A stretch of DNA of 64,000 nucleotides from IMG/VR virus record IMGVR_UViG_3300020017_000193, positions 5,031 to 69,030 of that record. The stretch is one strand, 5' to 3'. Below, in pieces: positions 36,632-45,222 of the stretch. A program made the position numbers and the translations under genes. Every line of letters begins with the position of its first letter. Positions within the stretch are counted from its first letter, which is position 1. This stretch comes from a virus. Lineage: Duplodnaviria; Caudoviricetes. The notes under the pieces were generated by a model. That model worked only from the letters and a program-made list of their open reading frames with translations. It searched no databases and was not told where the DNA came from.

Positions 36632-37047
36632 GCCACGCCATCATTGCGTCCATTTACGAGGCCAAGCTAATTGCCTGGAGCAAAGGCCGGACGGAGCCGA
36701 TCAAGGTTGTGTTCGAGAACGTCCAGTACGACCCGGCTGACGGAGAGACCTATCTGCGAGCGTTCATGCTCCCGGGTGATACAACCAGCAGCACGCTAGC
36801 CGGCGACCATCGAGCATTCTTCGGCGTCTATCAGGTCAGCATTGTGGCTCCGGCCAATACCGGCAAAACCAAGACGAACCCGCTCGTAGCCGAACTGACC
36901 GCATTGTTTCCGTTGTACGCGCGAGACGCGAAGGCGAGCGTCACCGTCGTCACGATGTCACCGGTCGACCCTGGCCCCGGCATACCTGACCCACCTACAT
37001 ACACTGTGCCCGTGTCGTTCGAGTATCGAGCTGACATCGCCACCTGA
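36628..37047 (+). CDS. Tail terminator protein
   Basis: GVYQVSIVAP..TG; directly before the tail tube gene. Confidence 0.78.
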   Translation: MSHAIIASIYEAKLIAWSKGRTEPIKVVFENVQYDPADGETYLRAFMLPGDTTSSTLAGDHRAFFGVYQVSIVAPANTGKTKTNPLVAELTALFPLYARDAKASVTVVTMSPVDPGPGIPDPPTYTVPVSFEYRADIAT

Positions 37048-37119
37048 ATACGCCCGTTGGGCAAATCCAAGAACCCGCCTCTGTGCGGGTTTTGTCATTT
37101 CTGAAAAGAGGAAACACCC

Positions 37120-37776
37120 ATGGCCGGCATCCAAATGCCCAACGGCGCCACCCTTGAGATTGCATCGACTTACGGCGTTGCAATCCCGTTCACTGCGCTG
37201 ACCAATGCCAATCCGGCAATCGCAACTGCTGCAGCCCATGGCCTGGCCGAGGGCGATGTAGTCGCCGTCAATTCCGGCTGGACTCGCCTCGACGGTCGTG
37301 GTGTCCGTGTGGGGGTAATTGCCAGCGGCACTTTCGCCCTAGCAGGCGTGAACACCACCAACGCTCAGCAGTACCCAGCGGGCTCCGGTATCGGCTCCGT
37401 CCGCGAGGTGACCGCCTTCACCGAGATCTCGCAGGTCACCGAAATGAACTCGGCCGGTGGCGATCAGCAGTTCCTTACCTTTGGTTTCGTGGCCGACGAC
37501 AACGACCGCCAGATGCCGACCACCAAGAACCCGATCACGCTGACTTATACCGTCGCTGACGATCCGTCCAAGCCCTATGTAGCGGTCTGCGAAGCGGCGG
37601 ACGACGACAAACAGCCCCGTTTGCTCCGACTGAACCTCCCTGGCGGTAGCAGCATTATCTACAACGGCTACGTGTCGATCACCGCCACGCCGACCATGTC
37701 GCGCAACAACCTGATGACCCGCGTTATCAGCGTTGCCCTGACTGGCCTTCCAACTCGCTACGCGGCCACGGTGTAA
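37120..37776 (+). CDS. Major tail (tube) protein
   Basis: PNGATLEIA...GGDQQF...QMPTTKNP...GYVS. Confidence 0.88.
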   Translation: MAGIQMPNGATLEIASTYGVAIPFTALTNANPAIATAAAHGLAEGDVVAVNSGWTRLDGRGVRVGVIASGTFALAGVNTTNAQQYPAGSGIGSVREVTAFTEISQVTEMNSAGGDQQFLTFGFVADDNDRQMPTTKNPITLTYTVADDPSKPYVAVCEAADDDKQPRLLRLNLPGGSSIIYNGYVSITATPTMSRNNLMTRVISVALTGLPTRYAATV

Positions 37777-37779
37777 CCA

Positions 37780-38160
37780 ATGGCCAAGTTCAAGCTGATC
37801 CAAAAGCCTACTTTCAAGGCAACGGTGTTGATCCAGCGGGCTGGCTACAACGCCGAAAAGGTGGAGTTCGAGTTCAAGTACTTGGATCGTACCGCGCTCG
37901 CTGAGCTGTACACCGGTTGGAACGAGCGGCACGACGAGCTGGGCAAGCAGGTCGGGGATATGGACCTTAAAGCTTTCACCGCCGCCCAGATCGCCCTGCA
38001 AGCTGACCAACTGCTGGATGTGGTGGTGGGCTGGGATATCGAAGAGGAATTCACGCCCGAAAACGTGCGCATCCTCGTCAATTCGATCAACTCGGCGCCG
38101 AAGGCAGTGCTGAACGCGTACGCCGAAGCCTTTAGCGAAGCCCGCCTGGGAAACTCCTAA
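37780..38160 (+). CDS. Tail assembly chaperone (lambda G equivalent)
   Basis: KLIQKPTFKATV...VEFEFKY...GWD.EE.F..EN; ends ARLGNS. Confidence 0.85.
   Translation: MAKFKLIQKPTFKATVLIQRAGYNAEKVEFEFKYLDRTALAELYTGWNERHDELGKQVGDMDLKAFTAAQIALQADQLLDVVVGWDIEEEFTPENVRILVNSINSAPKAVLNAYAEAFSEARLGNS
38148..38154 (+). other. Programmed -1 ribosomal frameshift site (G GGA AAC)
   Basis: X XXY YYZ heptamer in frame at the end of the chaperone gene; the -1 frame is open and continuous with ORF 38208-38486. Confidence 0.85.
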
Positions 38161-38486
38161 GCGCTTCGCGCGCACTGTATGAGCCAGGGCCGTCAGATGC
38201 AGATCTGATGGCCTTTGGTTTATCGCGCCAGGACATACCCGACAAGGAAGTCGGCATCTGGCCCGACAACTGGGACGCCTTCAAGGTCTTCGAGGCCATG
38301 AGCACCCAGTGGCGCACAGGCGCGTGCGGCGCGACAGGCATGGACTACAGCGTTCTCTCCGGTGTGATTCGGATGTGCGGCGTGCCAGTCAGCCAACGAC
38401 AAACCATTTTCAGCGACTTCCGGCGGATGGAGGCTGAAGCCTTGCAGGTGATGGCGGAACAGCGGGAGCGCGCGAGGGGTGCCTGA
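38148..38486 (+). CDS. Tail chaperone frameshift extension (DUF1799; lambda T equivalent)
   Basis: WPDNWDAFKVFEAMSTQWR.G..GATGMDYS. Confidence 0.85.
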   Translation, partial: GKLLSASRALYEPGPSDADLMAFGLSRQDIPDKEVGIWPDNWDAFKVFEAMSTQWRTGACGATGMDYSVLSGVIRMCGVPVSQRQTIFSDFRRMEAEALQVMAEQRERARGA

Positions 38487-38622
38487 TCCTCAGGCACCAA
38501 AATGCAGGAAAACGCGGCGGGGCCGCAGGAGATCCACATGAATGAGAGTCAGCGGACCAGACATCTGTCACTGGTCTTACAATCTGCGCACGGGATGGTG
38601 ATTGATCTCAGAAAAGGCGAGC

Positions 38623-38937
38623 TTACTCTTGCTCCCCGAGGCGCTTCCGAATCAGGTCTCTGGTATCCGAGTGCTCATTCAGCAGGAAGCGCAGTGGCGC
38701 AGTGTAAGCCGTCTCGTTAGTTTCGCTATCGGGGACCCCAGCCATCGGCCAGCCGTGCTTCAACGAATGAATCAGCAGCCCCTCCATTACCTTTGGTTGA
38801 TAGCCTGGGATTTCCCGCAACGCACAAGATATCGCGGTCATCGCTGTCGACAGGCCGGCTTGCGATGCTCGACGCTCGGCGTTCAGGTCATCAAGCTCGG
38901 CTCTTAAATCGCGAAGCTGTTGTTCAAAGTCTGTCAT
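38623..38937 (-). CDS. Hypothetical coiled-coil moron protein
   Basis: GGAGG RBS; counter-oriented in the tail region. Confidence 0.6.
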   Translation of the reverse strand: MTDFEQQLRDLRAELDDLNAERRASQAGLSTAMTAISCALREIPGYQPKVMEGLLIHSLKHGWPMAGVPDSETNETAYTAPLRFLLNEHSDTRDLIRKRLGEQE

Positions 38938-39016
38938 CTGACCTCCAGTTCATTAATGCGCCGAAATTGGCGCAACCCCAGTCCTTGGGCTTGCAGGCGA
39001 AGGACTGGGATATCCA

Positions 39017-39274
39017 TTAGCCTTTCGTTTGCGTTTCCACGATCAATCGCCACCCGATAGTGGTGGCTGATCCAGGGTGCTGATGTTTGTTTTGAGGGGG
39101 GAACTCTGTCCCTTTATTGGATGTGATCTCGTCGCCACAGCCCTCACACCGATAAATGCCTGATACCGGGACGATGCTCCCTATTTTATGCACAGTGCTC
39201 CAGGCAGCGCTGCCGAGAACGCTCGGTGTCGTTTTGGAGAGATATTTCACTGTTTCCTGTATGTACAGCGCCAT
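39017..39274 (-). CDS. YjzC-like small metal-binding protein
   Basis: G.IVPVSGIYRCEGCG.EI...FPPQN.HQH...WRL. Confidence 0.75.
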   Translation of the reverse strand: MALYIQETVKYLSKTTPSVLGSAAWSTVHKIGSIVPVSGIYRCEGCGDEITSNKGTEFPPQNKHQHPGSATTIGWRLIVETQTKG

Positions 39275-39663
39275 TTTCCGTCCTACCTTGGTTAGAAATG
39301 AGGCACAAAGCTACTACGCCGCCGATCTACCCAGTTACTGGAATTCCATCCACGCTGGATGCCTGGCCAGGTGCGTCTGCTCTATACGACCTACGACCAG
39401 TTTATGACCCTAAATGGCTTCATCGGCAGCGCTTCGTCTGCGTTCAATTCTTCGATGACTGTTCGAACGCTGCTTCGTCGGATTAATCGAGCTTTCGTTC
39501 GTTTTCATGTGGGTTCGTGTTCGAACGTGTGAATTCGTGTTGACGAGTGTGTCAACTGAACCTATAGTTCGCCTCGTCTGAGCATTGGCCACTACTCTAT
39601 AGGTCGGTGTGCGACATACAAAGGGTCCCTGAGGGGGCCCTTAATAATTTCTGGGGGAAGGGA

Positions 39664-40518
39664 ATGGATCGCCTAGGTATTTTTGTTGATGCTGGATTTC
39701 TATTCGCCTCCGGTTCACTCGCTATTACAGGTGACGAGGTTGCACGCATCCACCTGTCTCTCAATGAGCAGGCAGTTATTGCCCAGCTGATTCAGACCGC
39801 GGCAGAGCTCTCTGGTGGCATTCCACTACTCCGCGTTTATTGGTACGACGCGATAGGCCACAAAGGCCCAAACCTTGAGCAAAAGCGTTTAGCCAATAGC
39901 AACAACGTGAAGCTTAGAGCTGGGACCCTCAACGGAAGCGGTCAGCAGAAAGGCGTGGACTCGATGATTGTCATCGACATGATAGAGTTGGCGCGCAATC
40001 ACGCTATCTCCGATGCTGTACTTCTGTCTGGTGATGAAGATGTACGTGTAGGCGTTCAGTTCGCCCAAAATTATGGTGTTCGTGTTCATTTGATTGGAAT
40101 AGCCAATCAGGTGGGAAGAAAGAATCAGTCTTCAAGCCTCGTCCAGGAGTCTGATACTCATCATCAGTGGACTCCAGAGATTGTCAGTTCTTTCCTTAGC
40201 GTGCGCACACCGAAGGTTAAGCCTGCTCCTCAGGAAGTGCCTGTCGTAAACCCGATACCACCAGCAGTCAACGACGAAGTGCTCAATGCAGAGCAAGCTG
40301 CGGTAGCTATCGAGGCTATCGTGCGCGGCTATGTCAGCGATTTAGTTCAGAATGACGTAATCGTTCTAAAGGAGCACCTCAAGGATCGCCCGTCTATCCC
40401 TAGAGAGTTCGACGCCAAGCTTCTATATATCAGCAGAGAAGCAATCAAGCGCTCGCTTGACTTGCCAGAGCGCAAGTTGGCGAGGCAATTGTTCGTTGAG
40501 CTTGTGGTGAGCCGGTAA
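39664..40518 (+). CDS. NYN (PIN-like, LabA/DUF88) ribonuclease-domain protein with a C-terminal extra domain
   Basis: IFVDAGF, YWYDA, QKGVDS, LLSGDEDV..GV..AQ.YG.RV.L; P-rich linker, then a helical domain. Confidence 0.9.
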   Translation: MDRLGIFVDAGFLFASGSLAITGDEVARIHLSLNEQAVIAQLIQTAAELSGGIPLLRVYWYDAIGHKGPNLEQKRLANSNNVKLRAGTLNGSGQQKGVDSMIVIDMIELARNHAISDAVLLSGDEDVRVGVQFAQNYGVRVHLIGIANQVGRKNQSSSLVQESDTHHQWTPEIVSSFLSVRTPKVKPAPQEVPVVNPIPPAVNDEVLNAEQAAVAIEAIVRGYVSDLVQNDVIVLKEHLKDRPSIPREFDAKLLYISREAIKRSLDLPERKLARQLFVELVVSR

Positions 40519-40568
40519 GGCTTCGTAGAGCATAGCCCAGCCCTGCGCTGGGCTTTTTGCATCTAGCG

Positions 40569-40871
40569 TCATTCTCCCTGCCAAGGGGCAATCATCTTCA
40601 CCATCTCGCACAACCCAAACAAATGTTCCGCTCTAGCCTCAGGGTCAGCCTCAATCAGGTCGGCAATCATCTCTAATCGAATGCAGTCCCATTCTTTAAG
40701 AGGAGGGCGGCCAGAAATTAACAAATCGCACACTCGGTTGCTGTTCGCCCCAGTTGCTTCGAACGCACCATGAATCATCATTCGCGCTTCAAACAGGTCG
40801 TCAGGGTTGCGCCGTCCATTACTCGCAGCCTCACGCAGCAGGTTGGCTCGCTCCTCAGCTGTGTTCGACAT
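40569..40871 (-). CDS. Hypothetical helical protein (gene 3 of operon)
   Basis: 3 nt after the stop of the upstream gene; GGA RBS. Confidence 0.65.
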   Translation of the reverse strand: MSNTAEERANLLREAASNGRRNPDDLFEARMMIHGAFEATGANSNRVCDLLISGRPPLKEWDCIRLEMIADLIEADPEARAEHLFGLCEMVKMIAPWQGE

Positions 40872-40874
40872 CCA

Positions 40875-41201
40875 CTATTCCTTGAGTTTGAAGTCCGGCG
40901 GGCCGGGCGAGTCTTCGACTGCGTCAATTTCCTGCTGATCGAACATCTCACTCAGCATTCTCGCGTGCTCGCGCTGCGTGACGGAGTAGAACATTTTTCG
41001 GCCGAGCAGAATGCTCTTCATGCTATGAGCTGAAATGAGCTTCCTCGTCGGTACTGAGATCTCTACGGTGGTGCCAACACTGGTGTCGGTCACTTCCAGC
41101 TGGTAGGACTCGATCAAGTCGACACGCTTGGTATGGCCGAGGCATTTGAATGTGAGTGGTTGGGCTGGAGCGGCGGCCTCTACTTGGCGACGAGTTTTCA
41201 T
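40875..41201 (-). CDS. Hypothetical protein (gene 2 of operon)
   Basis: ATGA overlap with the upstream gene. Confidence 0.65.
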   Translation of the reverse strand: MKTRRQVEAAAPAQPLTFKCLGHTKRVDLIESYQLEVTDTSVGTTVEISVPTRKLISAHSMKSILLGRKMFYSVTQREHARMLSEMFDQQEIDAVEDSPGPPDFKLKE

Positions 41202-41824
41202 GCTTTCTCTGCGTCAGCCAAGAGCCGCGATAAGAAGGGGAATTCAACGCAGCAGACCTGCTCGATCTGCTCGCGCACATGCTGGTGCGTGTCGCTGTTA
41301 TGCGTAGCGATCGTGAGGTAGTAGTTCAGGCCTTCATGCTTGGCGAATACGATCCATTCACCGCTCAGCGCTTGTCGCTCCGCAAGCCTTTGCCAGTTAC
41401 CACCAACGATATCGGCAGCGAGGGCCGGGATGTGATGTGGCTCAACAAAGCGCTCTTCTCCCGCATTCTCGGCGTCCTGGATCATTTGCTTAAACAGCGG
41501 TATATCGAACCAGTTGAGACCTTTCTGAATATTTTGTGCCATCGAGGCAAGCCCATCTTGCATGTAGTGCTTGTGCCACAACCCTCTAAGAGGCGGGTGT
41601 TTATTTCGAATGGGCTTTTTGAACCGGCCGAGCTCACCCCGTTCGAGGAGTTCGATTTCGTGAATGATCTTGGCGGGGTTTTGCATGCCGGACAGAGCTC
41701 CTCCCAGGAGGTTTGCAACGAGCAGGGCGCTGTATCGCCTGGGCGCCGCACGCTTGAGCCCGATGAGTTCGATGAATTTATGTATTTCAGCTTCGGAGAT
41801 ATGCTTCTGTTCGATTGAGGACAT
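41198..41824 (-). CDS. Hypothetical protein, possibly RelE/YafO-like (BECR) fold (gene 1 of operon)
   Basis: HPPLRGLWHKH...GEWIVFAK...YYLTIATH pattern; fold assignment is inference. Confidence 0.75.
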   Translation of the reverse strand: MSSIEQKHISEAEIHKFIELIGLKRAAPRRYSALLVANLLGGALSGMQNPAKIIHEIELLERGELGRFKKPIRNKHPPLRGLWHKHYMQDGLASMAQNIQKGLNWFDIPLFKQMIQDAENAGEERFVEPHHIPALAADIVGGNWQRLAERQALSGEWIVFAKHEGLNYYLTIATHNSDTHQHVREQIEQVCCVEFPFLSRLLADAEKA

Positions 41825-41881
41825 TTCGCATCCTTGCGTCTGTGAGAACATGTCAGGTGGGCCGTGTATTTACGAGTCAGG

Positions 41882-42604
41882 TTACGATTTCGGAAGGCTC
41901 AGTAATACACTCACCATTGGGCGTTCTCCCCATCCTCCGGAGAGCTTCGCCTTGGTCTGGAATCTCCAAATACCGGCGACGCCCATATCGGCAACCTGCT
42001 TATGGAAATCTGCTGCTGCGTCGCGCGGTAGATAACCGACTTTCAAGCCCTCGATATAGACGGCGCACGCATTTGGGTCATGAGGGTTGTCTGGCTCGGC
42101 GACTATGTCTGCTACGAAGTCATTGTCGGTAGCCATATGACGACCATTTCGTAATTTTCGAAGGGCTGGCTGGTAATAGGATTCGCCAACGACGTCGAAA
42201 GCACACGCATGTCCTCCGGTGATCTTCCCGGTCAGCGGCGGGAGATCTGCCTCTACCGGAGTGGCTTTCTTGGCGCGCTTCTTTTTCGGCTCCGCCGCTA
42301 AAGGCTGAGCGGGCTGTTTTGGAGGTGCTGCCACTGGCTGTTGAGCCAGGGTTTCAGAAGCTCGGGCTCTAGAGGTCGGTGTGGTTTGAGTGTTCGCGAC
42401 GGCCGCAAGCCGGGTGGCCTTTGCATGGCTGACCTTTAAGAGTCGAGACAGCTCGTAAGGCGTTTTGGGGCCGGTTATTGCTATCAGGTTCCTAACTTCG
42501 ACAAGCAAGTCGTCATCCAGATCCTCGGTCGGCAAGCCGGAGACTGAGTGGGGCTCAGTTGTCGAGATTGGGCCACGCGAGAAGATGCGTTTCCACCACG
42601 ACAT
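41882..42604 (-). CDS. HIRAN-domain protein with an N-terminal FtsK-gamma-like winged helix
   Basis: DVVGESYYQ...EPDNPHDPNACAV...KVGYLPR (HIRAN); DDLLVEVRNLI...LSRLLKVSHAKATRL (gamma-like). Confidence 0.8.
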   Translation of the reverse strand: MSWWKRIFSRGPISTTEPHSVSGLPTEDLDDDLLVEVRNLIAITGPKTPYELSRLLKVSHAKATRLAAVANTQTTPTSRARASETLAQQPVAAPPKQPAQPLAAEPKKKRAKKATPVEADLPPLTGKITGGHACAFDVVGESYYQPALRKLRNGRHMATDNDFVADIVAEPDNPHDPNACAVYIEGLKVGYLPRDAAADFHKQVADMGVAGIWRFQTKAKLSGGWGERPMVSVLLSLPKS

Positions 42605-42711
42605 TAAGCGCTCCTTCTTAGCTTGTCCCATAAACGGTTGTGAAAAGCCCGGCGGGCCGGGCTTGGTCGTTCGATTCAGTTGTCACGATGACAGTGATAA
42701 CTGGAAGCGGC

Positions 42712-43140
42712 TTAAAGGTCGTCGAAGTCAATCCATAACGTGTCCGGACCGTCCCACTCATAACGGTATCCCGCTGCTGAAAGCATCTCGCCGAAAGAAT
42801 CCATTATTTCTTCGGCTTGACCGTGGGGAAGAGAATCCAGGCCCATGTCACTGAAATCGACCTGGGCACTTGCCAGCCCGTGCATTACCGAATCATTTAC
42901 TGAGTCAATAATCCTCGTCTTCATTTCGATGGGGATGCTTTTTCGGAAGGCGGCGGATAGCTCTTTTGCCTTATTTGCCTGAAGTAGTTCAGTGCCAATT
43001 GACTGCTTTAGGACGGTCGTCTCAAGTCGCGCAACAATTTCCGCGTTCAGTGATCGCTTTGCATCTTTCGCAGAGCTCTCGATTGCTTCTCGAAGCTCTG
43101 ACGGCATGCGTAATTTGAATTGGGAGTCTTCTCTGCTCAT
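42712..43140 (-). CDS. Arc/Mnt-family RHH repressor with a C-terminal extension
   Basis: QFKLRMPSELREAIESSA....RSLNAEIVARLE. Confidence 0.88.
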   Translation of the reverse strand: MSREDSQFKLRMPSELREAIESSAKDAKRSLNAEIVARLETTVLKQSIGTELLQANKAKELSAAFRKSIPIEMKTRIIDSVNDSVMHGLASAQVDFSDMGLDSLPHGQAEEIMDSFGEMLSAAGYRYEWDGPDTLWIDFDDL

Positions 43141-43150
43141 GAGGCGAATG

Positions 43151-43221
43151 ATGGACCACGGTGGTATTGACATCAATAGGACCACCGTGGTCTTATGATT
43201 TCATGGATCACGGTGATCCCT
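43151..43221. promoter_or_regulatory. Three palindromic operators between the divergent Arc genes
   Basis: ACCACGGTGGT, ACCACCGTGGT and ATCACGGTGAT within about 70 bp. Confidence 0.75.
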
Positions 43222-43236
43222 TTAGGAGAGTTGGAA

Positions 43237-43395
43237 ATGTCCAGAAAAGACCCGCAGTTCAACCTGCGACTTCCTGAGGAGCTTAAGGAATGGGTAGAGC
43301 AAAACTCGAAGGAAAACTGCCGGTCCCAGACGGCCGAAATAGTTTTCTGGCTGATGGCAGCGAAAAAGCGGCAGGAGCAGGCAGCGGTAGCCTGA
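43237..43395 (+). CDS. Arc-family repressor (52 aa)
   Basis: DPQFNLRLPEELKEWVE...RSQTAEIV. Confidence 0.9.
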   Translation: MSRKDPQFNLRLPEELKEWVEQNSKENCRSQTAEIVFWLMAAKKRQEQAAVA

Positions 43396-43460
43396 AACGA
43401 AGAAGCCCCGGCGTGCAGGCCAGGGCTTCAGGTGTGAAAACTTTCGAAGGAGTTCACGGG

Positions 43461-44300
43461 ATGAATAGTACCACAGTTGTTGACATGCGCCAGTTTGTAG
43501 GGGCCCGTGGTGATAGCGTTTTCACGACCACCCAAAACGTGGCAGAGGCTTTCGGAAAGCAGCACCAGCACGTTACTCAGAAGGTCGCAGCGCTGGAATG
43601 CACTGAGCAATTTTTAACCAGCAACTTTTCGCTGGTTAGCTTTCAGCATCGCGGGAACACCTATAAATCCTACGAAATGACCAAAGACGGATTTATGTTT
43701 CTCGTCATGGGCTTCACCGGAAAGAAAGCCGCAGCTATCAAGGAAGGCTACATTGGTGCCTTTAACTGGATGGCGGAGCAGTTGGGCCTGTCGAGCAAGA
43801 GTCTGGTTGCCAAAGCTGTCTCCGAGGCTCTGGGCGCAGAAGGCGCGCGGACGCTCAGTAACGTGATGCGCTGCCGGGTGGCTAAGCTGGATGCCGAGCA
43901 TCAACGCAGCGCTACGGCCAAGCTCGCCTCGGCACTTCACGCCCGCTTCGACGTTCCGCGCATGGAGTTGATACCGGCCGACCAAATGGATGCAGCCTGC
44001 AATTTCGTCGCGAGCTATGCAATCGAGGGCGAGTACATCCCTCGTCAGTCGAGCATGATCCCGGAGAAGCTTGGCCAGTGTGATCGCTATCTCCTAAGTG
44101 CCGATCCAAAAGGCAGCGCGCAGATCACCCCGGTGCCAATGGGCGCGTTCGTTCTGACCCGGCAGCAGTTCATGAAGGCCATGCTCGTTGACGGGGATAT
44201 GCCAGTTTCGACGGCGGAGATGTTCGAGTTCGTAGCGCTGGCTACCGAGAATCTGCGTCGCCGATCGCTCTATCAAGCTGCGCGGAGGGCGGTGGCATGA
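43461..44300 (+). CDS. rha: Rha-family regulatory / antirepressor protein
   Basis: FTTTQNVAEAFGKQHQHV...YEMTKDGFMFLVMGFTGKKA...YI.AFN.M. Confidence 0.9.
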   Translation: MNSTTVVDMRQFVGARGDSVFTTTQNVAEAFGKQHQHVTQKVAALECTEQFLTSNFSLVSFQHRGNTYKSYEMTKDGFMFLVMGFTGKKAAAIKEGYIGAFNWMAEQLGLSSKSLVAKAVSEALGAEGARTLSNVMRCRVAKLDAEHQRSATAKLASALHARFDVPRMELIPADQMDAACNFVASYAIEGEYIPRQSSMIPEKLGQCDRYLLSADPKGSAQITPVPMGAFVLTRQQFMKAMLVDGDMPVSTAEMFEFVALATENLRRRSLYQAARRAVA

Positions 44301-45103
44301 ATGCGTTGATGATCGCGGGTATCGAGATCCATAAGGACCAAGACGGCCGATTCAGCCTGAATGACTTCCATCGTGCCGCCGGCGGTGAGAATCGGCACAA
44401 GCCTTCATTGTGGGCGGAGAATCAGCAGGCTCAGGAACTGATCGAAGAAATTGGCAAAGCAGGAATTCCTGCTTTGAGGGTTGCGCGCGGCGGAAGGGCG
44501 GCAGGGACTTATGCCTGTAAAGAGTTGGTGTATGCCTATGCGATGTGGGTTAGTTCCGTATTCAGCCTGCACGTTATTCGCACGTTCGATACTGCTGCCG
44601 CAAATGACCATGTGATTCCTCAAGAAAAGCGGCTCCCTATCGCCGCCGACAACCTTGATGCAGCCAAACGGATTGCGGAAAGCTTTGGCTTGGAGGGGAA
44701 TCAGGCGCTCCTGTGCGCTAACAGCATGGTCAAGTCCGCCATCGGCGTGGATCTGATGGAGATGGCCGGCGTTAAGCGGCTCGTCAATGAATCGCAGGAA
44801 CTGAACTTCACTCCAACCGAGCTGGGCGCGAAGTTTGGCATGACCGCGGTGAGCATGAACAAGTTGCTCGCCGAGTGCGGACTACAACATCAGGTGATCT
44901 ACAAGCCAGGCAAGAAGCGCTGGGAAGTTACGCCCGACGGCAAGCTCTTCGCGATCATCACCGACACCGGCAAGAAACACAGCGACGGCAAGCCGGTGCA
45001 GCAGATCCTTTGGAAGGAATCAGTACAGGAGATGCTGGCCAGGCTAGCGGAAAAGCTTCGATCGGGTCTTCCTTCGGTTATCGCCGGCGGCGTTTCGCGC
45101 TAA
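44297..45103 (+). CDS. KilA-N domain antirepressor
   Basis: IHKDQDGRFSLNDFHRAAG...PSLW...GTYACKELVYAYAMWVS; C-terminal TPTELG...MNKLL domain. Confidence 0.9.
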   Translation: MNALMIAGIEIHKDQDGRFSLNDFHRAAGGENRHKPSLWAENQQAQELIEEIGKAGIPALRVARGGRAAGTYACKELVYAYAMWVSSVFSLHVIRTFDTAAANDHVIPQEKRLPIAADNLDAAKRIAESFGLEGNQALLCANSMVKSAIGVDLMEMAGVKRLVNESQELNFTPTELGAKFGMTAVSMNKLLAECGLQHQVIYKPGKKRWEVTPDGKLFAIITDTGKKHSDGKPVQQILWKESVQEMLARLAEKLRSGLPSVIAGGVSR

Positions 45104-45222
45104 AATCAACTTCATACAGGCCATTACCTCGCCTCGGCGGGGTATTGGGCTGGCTATTTGTCCAGGATGATCAGTGATAGCTCCGTGATATAGTTGCGAA
45201 TCATCAAGCATGCGAGATCGCC

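Noticed and set aside
38148-38154. -1 frameshift in the tail chaperone
   Set aside because: Real, and listed as a feature, but it is the conserved lambda G/GT mechanism.
38502-38720. ORF MNESQRTRHLSLVL... after a perfect GGTGCCTGA/TCAGGCACC hairpin
   Set aside because: It has an RBS but runs into the convergent gene at 38623-38937; a truncated gene cannot be told from noise.
39410-39592. Short ORF and GTTCG-rich low-complexity stretch between the YjzC-like gene and NYN
   Set aside because: No consistent repeat period or coding signature; probably a divergent promoter region.
43167-43199. TTGACA...TATGAT as a sigma70 promoter for arc
   Set aside because: The spacer is 21 nt, too long for a canonical promoter, so exact promoter positions are not assigned.
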